Part shown: piece after piece, positions 37,001-48,726 of the stretch | Numbering within the stretch: the first letter of the stretch is position 1 | How the letters are laid out: each line of letters begins with the position of its first letter | Origin: Psammoneis japonica | Taxonomy: Eukaryota | Assembly (NCBI GenBank): GCA_008632985.1 | Contig: QPGO01000014.1 | Coordinates: 62,001-126,000 of the forward strand | Length of the DNA: 64,000 bases | Direction: 5' to 3' | Made by a program: the position numbers and the translations under genes | Notes under the pieces: generated by a model | Seen by the model: only the letters and a program-made list of their open reading frames with translations | Told to the model about the DNA's origin: nothing | Databases searched by the model: none

Positions 37001-39900
37001 CAACCAGGGCAGGGAGTCAGTGAATGGAAATTTATTGTGTTCCCTGTCAACCCACCTTCAAGTTGCACACTTTCTTTGCAAGGTTGGTCTCTAAAGTTGT
37101 CATTTCAGCAGCATGAAGGGTCTGTTTCTGAGCTTTCTGGAGAGAGGCAATTTTGTTTTTGGCAGTGGCAATTTTTCAATCGTGGGCTTGCACTTTTGCT
37201 GCAGCTGCTTGCACATCTTTTTGTTTTGTTGTTTTTTGCAAAGGCCATGCATCCACCAGCAAAACAACAGCCACATTCTGCATTCATTGCCAGATGTCAT
37301 TTTTGGGTTGATGGCGCAGGTGGCATGGTGTTTGGAGGCTTCAAGCAGCAAGGGAGTCTTGCAGGAAGGGACTTCATCATGCTCCTTGAGAAAATCAAGA
37401 TCTTCTTGTTGAACTGCAGGGGAGCAGCTGTCAGACACATCATCAAAGGCATTGGCTTCTTTGTTGGTGGAGGCTGCAGCAGCAGCAGCAGATCTTGGGT
37501 CACTGGCCAATGGAGCAGCTCCAGACAAAGAGCCTTGAGGTCACCAAGGGCTTGTCCTGGAGCCTTGCCTGGGCTGCCTGGGAGGAGGACCTCAACCTCA
37601 CACTTGAGCACCACAAGCACCACCTCAACCATGGCCACCGCCGATGGTGCTGGCATGACTGGATTGTTGCGGCCAGCACCTTGTGGGTTCTGCTTCTTCC
37701 TTTTTCTTGGCGACAAGGTCAATGAACACACCAAATGGCAAAAAGGCCAAATGGCAAAAAGGTGTTGATTGAACAACAATGGTTGGGAAGCAAAGAAAGA
37801 AAGGCTTTGTCTCATGTCAATGCAGCACCTTGTCTCTCTGACATCATGACTGGGTTTGGCCCAGTGCAAGCTGTTGCACAGATGAGACAAGAGAGCTTTC
37901 TGTGCTGTGTGACAGCGCAAGTGCCCAGTTGTCTTTGGATGGCCTTGGGTGCCTCCATTGTGCACCAGGGGAGCCAACAACAACCAGGGCAGGGAGTCAC
38001 TGAATGTAAATTCATGGCATTCCCTGTCTCTTGCTTGGATGTAAAACCAAGAGAGAACAGAAGAAGAGCAAGACCCACCTTTGAGTTGCCCACTTTCTTT
38101 GTGAGGTGGGTCTCCAAAGTTGTCATGTCACTGGCATGAAGGGTCTGTTTCTGAGCTTTCTCGAGAGAGGCAATTGTCTTGTTGGCAGTGGCAATTTTTG
38201 AACACACCAAATGGCAACCAAAAAGGTGTTGATTGAGGTCCTGGAGCTGGCAGTGTGTGTGGCATGAGTGTGAAATTTTCAATCTTAACAAGAACACATC
38301 AATGTGACAAAATCAAACTTGTTGAATGCATGTGCAACATTGTTGACTGAATGATTCATTGAGGTGATTTCAACTGATGGTCGGGCTTGCATTTTAGCCA
38401 AAACGCAAATTGTTGCTCCCTCACAAGACACAAAAAATGCAAACTCAAGTTGCAAGTGATGTGTGAATGTGAGAGTGGCAGTGACAGGCAGTGGCATTGC
38501 AGATGGGACAGAATGAAATGCAGGACACAAGGTGAGAAAGAGGAAACAAGTGGCAAAATGCATGGAGTTGGGGCACACAATGCAAATGACTGACACTTGT
38601 GCACATCTTTGCACACAGACATCTGGGCAGTGACCTGAGATGCAAAGGAAGACAGTGACCGGGAAGGGCACAAAGGTGAGCAAAAGCAGTGCATGAGACA
38701 AGATTGTGGGAAACACAAGGCATGTGTAAAAACTGATCATTGGCACAAAGTTTTCTCCAGTTGCATGCAACGCTTTGGCCAACCAAACAGAATGAATGTG
38801 AGAGACATCATTGGAGGATGACATCATTGCCTGGTTGTGCAAATGATCATGGAGAGAGCAAGAGTGGTTGCAAGGGAGGACACAGGGACCAAAACATCAC
38901 ACCCATTGTGTGAGAACTGCAAAGGACAACAGGAAGTGGTGGAATGCAGGAGAAAAAAAAAGGAAACAGGGAGCATTGTTTGGTGTGCAGTGCAGAAATG
39001 ACAAAATGGAAAAATCAAACAGAAGAGAACAGACAGCATGGAGCCAACCCACAAACAGGTTGTTGAGAAAACTGAACATCATCATTGTCAGAAATGAACA
39101 ATGAAAGAATGTTGTTGCAAAACCATGGTTGTTAAGATGGAAACAAAAGCAAGTGACAAGTTTTGTCAGCTGTCATTTCCCACTTGGAAGGTCAGTTTGG
39201 TTGCTGACGGATGCAAAAACAATGTTGAAACAAGCAGACACATGAAATTGTCAAGAGTGTGTGTGTGATGCAACTGATTTTCATCAAATGTTAAATCCCA
39301 CTTGGAAGGTCCTGATGATTGTTAGAAACTCTTTATCAACAATCATTGGGCAATTGTCAAGAGCACAGAATTCTCAACAAGAGAACGTGGATTCTGAACA
39401 AGAGCAAATGTGTTTTCCAGATGACCCACAGATGCCCACAATGAAGTGGGGTTGGCAGAGTTTGCATCTTGATCTGCTCGTGCTGCCACAAGACTTTCAT
39501 CACATGACAATGAGGCAGTGGCTGGTGCCACTTTGAACAGCACAGCTGACTTCGCTCACTGACAGTTGGCGGTGTGGGCCTGTTTGCACAGCTTGAGAAT
39601 GCTGGCCCAGTGGCGGGCTGTTTTCTGAGGTGGACATGAGGGTCTCTGCAAGTTGTGTTGGTTGTTGCCTTGGCAACAATGACAAAGAATGACTGCGCTG
39701 GTTGTTGGCAAAGACAGCAGCAATCAGGCTGGTCAAGCAAAAGCAGCAAGGGTGGCTGTTGGGAGGCAGACAGACTCTGGCGATCAACAGGTGTGTGTGG
39801 CACTTCTTTTTCAAATTCCCCATTCTGTGTGGCAACTCCAGCACTGCTTTGCACAGCACACAGGAGCTGACTCCAGCTCACTGACAGCTGGTGGCAGAAT
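31050..39900. mobile_element. Unclassified degenerate TE-like DNA with internal duplications
   Basis: TpA/CpG depleted. Related segments at about 32400-32620 and 34610-35090, and at 36800-37180 and 37770-38200. Confidence 0.5.
35640..37030 (+). repeat. Imperfect tandem repeat of ~170-190-bp units (about 7 copies)
   Basis: GACAAGAAAACCATCTGTG..GTTGTCTTGGGATGGC..CAATGGTTGGGAAG..GACATGACTGGG..TTTGGCCCAGCC recurs at about 35915, 36085, 36273, 36465, 36651 and 36904. Confidence 0.88.
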
Positions 39901-42507
39901 GCTGGTCCTCAGCTGGCAATGTTGCATGGGAGCTAAGACCCAAAGAACAAAATGGCTGCTCAGCTCATGAAGCACTGGTCTGTGTGCCTGTGCCTGCAAA
40001 CACACATGTGGTGCAAAAACTCCATGTTCTCACACATGCACGGGAATGTGTGAAATTGTTGGGGTGAGCCTCTGTTGTGATCATGGACCACACTCTCATT
40101 GCAGTTGAGTGATCTGAGTGTGCTGCACAGGCAGCACCAGACTGACTGGCTTTCTCACCTGATGCAGAGAACTTGCAAGAGAAGAGAGGGGCAGAGTGTG
40201 GACCCCAGCACCAGAACACCCACGTTGTGCACAGCCTTGTCTCAAAGCAAATTTGGTCTTGTTGGCAGTTGCAAATTTTGCACTGCCCTTCTGAGTTGTT
40301 TAAATGACAGCCACTTTTCTGTGCAAGACAGTGCTGGACTCACCTGCATGTTTCAACACCAGGCTTGCTGCAGAACACTCAACCAACCATGGCATCTTCT
40401 TCTGTCAATGATGGCAGCCATGCAGGCAACAACCCCATTGACGCCACTGTTTCTAATGATGTCACAGTTGACCAAGCATCCAATGAGCCTTCCTCGAAGC
40501 TGAAAAAGTTCAAGCATGAGGAGATCACTCTTTGGTGTTTGTCACATGTGGCCAGGAAGTCACATGCAAGCCCGGGACATCAGTCACCTCCTGCCTCCAA
40601 GTTTTGAAACAGACTCTGTGTTCATGTGTGGTTGGGAGTCCCAAGGTTAAGATTTTTGACAATGAGAGCCAATGGGCAACTGAGATCAAGGTTTCTGAGT
40701 GGGTGGCCATGCTCTGTCATGAACACCACTTTCAGATCAGATTTCTGCCATGCACAGTGGTGAATCTTGCTCTGCAACTCACCACACATGTGAAACAGAA
40801 TTCTTGCAATGACCCCTCTCCAAACATGCACATCAGCTGACACTGTGACTGATTTGTTTTTGAAAGATTGGGGTGACTTTCCTGTCAAGATGTGTCAATT
40901 CTGGCCGGCGCTGACCACTGTTTGAGCTGATGACACAAAAAGAAGGTGGCTCCAATTCATGTGGGGTTGTGGCTGCTTGCTGTTCAAGTCCTGCAGCCTG
41001 GGTTTCACAAAGGTGCTTCCAAGAAACATCCCGCTCATGTTGTGTTGGCTAAAATTTGTTGTCCTCCCCCCCCTCCCTTTCATGATTCCAGACACTTTCA
41101 AAGAATGTCAAAAGGCACCTTGCAGAAAGCCCAGGCAAAATGCAAACAAGTTGCTGCTGAGAGTGCTGCATGACATGAGAGGCTGGCTGAAAAGATTGCA
41201 ACATCAGAGCAAAATCTTTTGAACTGTGCACTTTGTTGGGGCTGTTTGCATGACCACTGGAAAGATGTTGTTAATGTCATGATTTTCAAAAAGCCAGGAA
41301 ACACTGCAATTCACCATTTGCATGTGACACACATGTGCAAAGCAGACTTTCAACTTGTCTCCAGTGTCAAGTGGTGTGCCTTGGTGGCACAGAACATGGA
41401 ACATTGCCAGTTGCACAACCCAGGCATTTGCTGCACTTTTCCTTTCTTGAGTGTCAATGCTCCAGTCTGTCTTGAAGAGCTGGCACCTGAAATTGGTCAA
41501 GCACATTGGAAAACAGCCATCCACAGTGATGATGATTGCACATCATGTTGTGACTGCAACATCCCAGCTTTGGCTGCACTCAAAAGTTGCAGCAATGTGT
41601 GCTCAAAGAGGTTGTGCAAGTGTCAAATGGCACACTCCATGGAGTGAAATGCTGACTGAAAACAGCTTTGTGGCTTTCTCAGTTGTCTTGTTCTCACTCT
41701 CAAAGGTGAGGCAGCAGAAATTCTCTTTTCTGCAAGAGCCAGACATGGTGCAACTGCTTTTGATCAACAGGCATTCAGAGCATTCTTTGAGACTCCTGAC
41801 CAATCTCTGTCCTTGCAACTGTTCAAGGATGCATTGATGATGCACCTGAGAAGAAGCAAATGACTTTTTTGCTTCCCCTCAACTGTCTGCTTTGGAATTG
41901 GCTCCAAGCACACTGCAGGAGGACAACCAACTTTAGCACACACCTTCTCAATGCAGCAGGTCATGAGCTTGGACCACCAAGCATTCCTTTCACTCCATTT
42001 GGTGGATGTTCTCTGATGATGGTGAACCCTGCATTGAAATGCACTTGGCAGATCAGCCCACCAAGCACCCAGCACCCAACTGTTGGCAGGTGCACTCTTC
42101 ACACAAGACACTTGGTCATTGCAAAACCATGATGGGAACTCAGAAGTTGAGCTTGCTTCCCTCAAGAAAAAGATTGATGACACAACATGGTTCCTCCGGC
42201 TGCACTCTTTTGATTGATGCAAGGTGTGGGCTCATCACCTTGCCTGCCATTTGTTGTTGGTCACATGTGTTCTTCCAAATGCTCGCTTCTCTAAAAAGAG
42301 CTTTTGGAGATCCAACAGAAAGCAATGCTGTCATTTTTGCTGAGTGTGGTTGCAGCTGCAATGCCAAGAGAGACACTCCACATGCCACCCACACTCTGGG
42401 GGCAGAGGCTTCCAATCATTGGATGCCAAGCATGGCATCACTCAAGTTCTGCAATTCCTTCAACACTGGCATTACACAGGCCAACCTCAAGTTTTGTCCC
42501 AAATCAT

Positions 42508-45500
42508 TGTTGGAGCATCTGGATTTGGGGTGTCAGAGTGTGGTCCAGTGAGTGATTTTGCATGAGGAGAGTCTTGCCATCATCTGTCCCTTGCCTTTGA
42601 TTTCCATCTCACTCTTTAGATTGAATCACTGGATTTGCACGATTTGTCATTCGGTGTCACTGGGCTCCAGTCATTGTGCAAATTTGAAGATTGCACTGAT
42701 GCCTTTGGCAACCCACAGTCATTGCAGATGACCAAGGCAAAAGTGTGTGAAGCAGCAAAGGAAGCCCAGCAGGGTTCCCTTTTGGCAACATTGACTTGCT
42801 GGCTCAACACCAACTTCAAAGAGTTGCTGGCATTGTGTTCAGTGCCTGCAGACACTGACCTGCACACAGTCAATTGAACACTGAACACCTGCACAACAAG
42901 CAGCAGAGGAGTTGGCAGAACAAATGACCAAGGCCACAGCTGTGGCATGGGTGACAAGAGTCACAGGTCCTCCAACCTGAAGAAGAAGACCAACACTGAG
43001 AAGCACTTTCAACCTGAGACAAAGTTTCATCCTCCACAACTGAACAGCGACACTTGCAATGCTGGATGTGAAGACATCAAGGAGAAGATCATCTGTTGCA
43101 TGCAAAAGGTGTGTGAACAAGGCACGCACATGGTGAGGTCTTTGGAAGACATGAAATGCAAGGATTTTAATTCCACAACACCTGCCTTTTTAAACAAAAA
43201 GTGCACACGGCAACCATGCCATCAGACACAACAACCATGGGATGCCAGAATGCACTGAAAAAGAAAGAGCACAAAGACAAGGAGCTGGAACATGAGCACA
43301 AAACAGAGCCAAGTGACTGCCACAAGAAAGCAAAGCAGTTCAAAGAGAACAAAACAACTGCACTCACCAAGATTTGTGTGGTTGCTGCACCAAGCAAATG
43401 AAGCAGAGAGTGCAAGCCAATCCCAGTTGCCCCAAAAATGGGGACACTGACCAGGTTGCTGAAGCTGATCCAGCCCCTTGCACTTGACTCAACAAAAGGT
43501 TGACACCCACTCCACACACTTGCCAAGGCACCCTGAAGAACATCCCAGATGTGAGGCAGCAAGAGCATGTAAGATGTTGAATGGTTGCCTGTCAAGATTC
43601 AAGAATCAGCAAGATGCTGCAAATGAAGGACTGGGAAACAGAGTGCAGGGCAGTTTCATCTCCAATGCCAAGGAGTGCCAGGAAGGAAGCACTGCACTTC
43701 ATGACAAACCACCCAAAGAAGTCAGTGTTGAAGAACTGGATGACATTTCTGTTTGTGAAGACCAGCAATGATTGCCGCTGCAAGAGCTTGAAGAAGAGCT
43801 TTGACCCATCCAAAGACCCTGGAGAAGGCATTGGATGCACTGCAGAACAACCTGAAAGACAACGATTCTTGCAACTGACACAAAAGGAAGATCTGACAAT
43901 GTGAAGGACCAGAGCCATGCCCAGAAGAGCAACCAGAATGATGCCACAGTGTGTCACTGCTGATGCAAATTAAAAGCAAGTCCCCAGACTGCAAGCATCA
44001 AAGCAACATTGTGCGCAACAGCTGGTTCAAGAACACTGAAAAAAACAGACATTGGGGGACAGAGTTCACACACAAGCCTGAGTTGGGAATGATGACCACT
44101 CATCAGTGGACAGTGACAACATGAGTGCCAACACTGCCAGATCCAACCAATCAACCTGCTCAGCCAAAGCAGGAAAGCTGCATGTGGACAAGATCATTCT
44201 CAACAATGGCTCTGCCCTCAGCACAACAGCAAGCCAGGGACCAGCACACAATGTGCGACTGGCCAAGATGAAGATTGATCAATCCATGAACACTGCTGGA
44301 TGAGGGGAAATGAAGCTTGGAGCAGAGAACATGATGGCAGACATCCTCAGTTTAAAGGATGTGAAGAGCAAGCACTGTGCAACATGTGACAGCAGAGTGG
44401 CAGACAAGCTCTGATTGCTGGACAAGAAGAGTGGCAAACAAGTCACAGTGTTCAGAGTCAATGACATCAGGCACTGTGTGCCTTTGTCCCAAGCCAGAGA
44501 TTCTTCAACCATGCCAAAGAACTCCAAGAAAGCAAGTCACATGTGAGCATGCTGTTGAAGAAAAAGAACAAGAGAGACAAGAAGCACAGGAGTGCATCTG
44601 GAACTGTGGCTCCAATGGTGGAACCAATTTCCATGGGCCACACCAAGAGGGAGGCAGCAAGTTCTGAGTGAGCACTCAGACTGTGCTGCAAGGCTGGAAC
44701 ACCCAGTGCAAGAAATTTCGTGCAATTTTTGCATTCAAATCAGATGAAGAACTTGTCCATCATGCCCAAAAGATGTAGACAGGATGCTGGCTAATTGGGG
44801 TCAACCAATGAGTGCATTGAAAGGAAAGACCAAGCATGCATGTTGGTCCCATGAGAGGAATGATGCCACAGCTGTCCTGTCTGAGACACATGAGAAGCAG
44901 AAAGAAGGTGTGATCCTTTGAATTGATGTTGCAGAAGTGTGCATGGTCAAGACACTTGATCAAGTTCTAGTTGAAAGTGGTGCTGAAGTCCAAGAAGCAT
45001 GTTGATTTGCACAATGCCCTGGACATGATTTTCTGACAGTGCAGCACAGCTTTGTTCAAAATTGACTTGTTGAGTGTGATCCCAAGTTCAAGGTTGAGCT
45101 GGTGGAAGTTGCTGACAGAGCATGCCATTGGAGCTGATGTTCACAATCACCAGTGACCACATTTCTGAGGTTGAAAGGAGCATTGAGACCATCAAGGAGC
45201 AAACTCAAGCTGCACTGCACACCATCTGCCATGCAAGATGACACCCAAGTTGATGTGTGAGCATGCCATGATCAAAAACACTGTCATGTCAAACATTCAC
45301 CCACAGAAAGAACAAGGAATTTCCCACACTTGCAGCCCGCACACTGTTGTGCAATGAAGGAGCCTTGACTGTGACAAGCACTTCATGTTTGCCTTTGGTG
45401 AGTTTGTCCTGTCTCATGTTGAGAGCAACCCAATGAACACCATGGGTGCACAAAGCACTGGCAACGCACATCTGTGACCATGTTTTGGTGTTCCCAAAAG

Positions 45501-48500
45501 GGCAGCCACTGCACCACAAGCCTGCACATGGGCAAGCTTCTTCTGAACCCCTGCAAGTGCGCCGCCACACCCCTGCCCAACATGCGCACAAGTGGTTGAG
45601 AAGATGGCCACAGCACAAGGCATCAAAGATTTTAAATTTGTGAGCAAATGCAAAGGCAACCCACATGGTGCCGACTTTGCTGCAGGATGGAGTGGAAAGT
45701 GATGAAGACTCGCAAAGATGCAACACCAGAAACATTGCAACCAACTCAAAAGATGACAACTGTGAAGATGAAGTGGGTTTGATGAAGAGCATGAAGAAGC
45801 AAATGAGATCCCAGCCAATGAAAGGTCTCCATCCCCAGTGTGCAATGTGCAGCCACTGACAAGAGTCAGTGCATCACGGCAACGTGTTGCAGCCTTTAAA
45901 TGTCACAAAGGGCGTGACAAAAATGACCTTTTGTCTGCATGCACACTGCATTGTGAATTCACAGCGGAGTGGTTCATCGCAACCATCAGGCAGGAGGCCA
46001 GGGGTTCGAAACCCTGAGAGGGAGTTGTCTGCAGCAACGTTGATCACTGTCGAACGCGCAAAACTCTGTGCAGTTCTGTGTGTTCCTTCGTGCGCACCCA
46101 CACTGTTCTGCCAAAACCGTGCAGTGTCAGCACACGTTGGTAAAGAGCCGCATGGACGCGTGACACATGGGGAGGAGTGCAACACACAGCCACCAACAAG
46201 AGTTGATGTGTCACGGCGACGTGTCACAGCCTTCAAATGTCACAAAGGGCGTGACAAAAATGACCTTTTGTCTGCATGCATGCTGCAAATGAACAGCGCG
46301 AGAACCAGCAAGTCAAGGATGAGCACTGTGATGGCTGCGAACATGCTGAAGAAGACCAGGACAGCAAAGAAACAGAAGAAGACAATGAGCACCAAGAAGA
46401 TGCAAGGTGAGAAGGAAGAAGACCAGAGGAAGAGGCAAGTGCCATGTCTGCCAGAACAGCCAAAGCTGGCAGAGCCTTCCAAGCCACCACAACACACACT
46501 CAGAAGCAAACACAAGAGCACCACATGCCAAGAGAAGAAAGTTTGATTTGCAGGAGCGGCACACCATGAATGCAGGCTCAAACACTGCCGCCATTTGTGA
46601 ACAAACAACATTCCCAACACAGAGGAAGATGCCAAGAAGCTCCACACAGAAACAGCAGCAGTGCTGGCACAAGTGATGTGCAAGATTGACAACTGACTCT
46701 GACCAGGGGAGGGCATCTCCTTTGCCCAGCAACATTTGCCACATGAAGGCCCAAAAGCATTGACCAGAAGGGGCATGGTGCCTCAGAGAAGGAGATTGAA
46801 CAACTCCACAACAGATTGTGCTTTGCACCAACATCAATTGAAGACATGGCTCTGAAAGATCCAATGCTGTGATTGCCTTGATGTTCCTGATGGAAAAGCA
46901 AGATGGTCATGTGAAAGGGCGAGTGGTTTGCAATGGAGAAAACAGACTGGAGAATGGTTGGACAAGGATGACCCAGACAGCCCAATGGCATCATTGGAAG
47001 GAATGATCCCTGTGGCCCAGAAATGTGTCCAGAACTTCAAGGTTTGACCAACCACAATTCCCATCATTGCCGTTTTTGTTCTTCCAGAACAGCCATTGAC
47101 CATGAGCTGGGAGATCAACAGTGCAGACAAGCCAAACAATGAGCTCAGCACCTGTGCATTGGGATTACAAAGCAGTGGCCACGGAGCTGCTGGCATGAGT
47201 TTGGGGACCTGGGAGATGTGTGAGAGAGATGCTCTTCACAAAAAAGATGTGCAACAGGAGTGGAGAGTGACTGCAGCAAATGGAGATGTGGTTGCAACAA
47301 CAGAAGGAATCCAGAACAAGGAACTCCAAACAGCAAACACTGACATGGCTTGATGGCTCAGAAGCAGGAACATAAAGAGCCAATGAGTGATGACCCAAAC
47401 ATCCATCATGTGATGTTTTAGATTTTGCATCAATTCATTGTTGATGCAAAGGTGGAGAGGGAGGGCCACATGTTTGCTTGCAGCAAGATCCCACCCCTTT
47501 GACCAAAATGGAGTGCCCCATGGAGTGTGAAAGTGCAGAGATGTGGAGCACACAAATGTGCGAGCATGTGTCCACTGCTGCAACGATGTTTTCCTTGCAC
47601 AATGAATGGAGCACATCAGTTGAATTTTAATCATGTGGTTGGAACAAACACATGACCAAGGAACATTGGCAGATCATCAGAAGCTGAGCCACAAGACAAG
47701 GCAAAGCATGTTTTCATGACTTCAGAGAGCACAATGCAAGCAGTGAGTGAGTTAAAGACAAGTGCATTGCTGGATCAGACAACAAGAGACAGGGATGTCA
47801 AGCTCTGTGGTTGGCCCCAGACAAACATGACATCAGACAATTGAGCAAAACATTGATGGTCAGTTGTTGTCCTGCCCGCCTGTGGCATGGACACTTCTGG
47901 GGTTTGTGGTCCCCTTGTGAAGCTCAGCACCAATCATTCCAAAGATCAGATGAGTCATTGTGGCAGGATGGGGACAGCATTGTCTGTGACTCAAAGAAGC
48001 TGGCATTGTTCTTCCACCATGATGTCAGTCGAGCCAAGCCCATGTTGGAATGGACTTGTCACCGGATGGAGTTCTTTGAGTTGATTCCTGAGGCAACCAA
48101 TGGTTGGGTCATGGACCCACTTGATGGTCCATGTGGCAGAGTTCCAAAGAAAAGGATCAGCCGCACCTGTGTTGGGTGTTTTGTGGAGAGTGTGCAAGGA
48201 ATTACAGACTCATTCAATGATGTGATTGACTTCTCCAATGAGGGATGATCTGCGCCATTCTGACTTGGAAGATGTCAGTGCTGAAGCAACAGAAGTGGCT
48301 GATGACAATCTGGTTGCCATTTCAAAAGGGTCCACGCATTCCTCAGTGCCCATCAGACCAAGCTCACATCAATGCAAGTGGCAGGAGTGTGTTGGAGCAT
48401 CCAGATTTGGGGCATCACAAGGTGCCCAGGCATGTTGAAGGAAAGACATTTTGACTCTTGATGTGGTCCACTGAGTGACTCTGTGTGTGAGGAGAGTCTC

Positions 48501-48726
48501 ACTGTCGTCTGCCCCTTGCCTTTTTTATCTCACTCTTTGGAGTGAATCATTTGGTTTGTGCCATTTGTCATTTGGTGTCAGCAGGTGCCTGTTGTCACAC
48601 AAATTGCAGTTTACATTGACATGTTCAGCAACCTGCAGCCATGCAGATGACCAAGGCAAGTGCATCAAACGGCACAGGAATCCCACCAGGATTCCTTTTT
48701 GGCAACATTGACTTGCCAGCTCAACA
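42508..48726 (+). mobile_element. Degenerate Ty1/Copia (CoDi-like) LTR retrotransposon
   Basis: LTRs 42508-42809 and 48390-48726 (TGTTGGAGCATC...GCTCAACA). 5-bp TSD ATCAT/ATTGT. Protease IILNNGSALS (44193), integrase HISEVERSIETIKEQ (~45158) and RT start LMFLMEKQDGHVKGRVVCNG (46878), in PR-IN-RT order. Confidence 0.88.
45841..46287 (+). mobile_element. TRIM-like mini LTR element (110-bp LTRs, 227-bp internal region)
   Basis: Direct repeats 45841-45950 and 46178-46287, both TG...CA. Polypurine tract GGGGAGGAG directly before the 3' repeat. Flanks AGTG/AATG (imperfect 4-bp TSD). Confidence 0.8.

Noticed and set aside
45955..46030. Functional tRNA gene
   Set aside because: A/B-box-like motifs are present but I see no convincing acceptor or anticodon stem, and it lies inside a TRIM.
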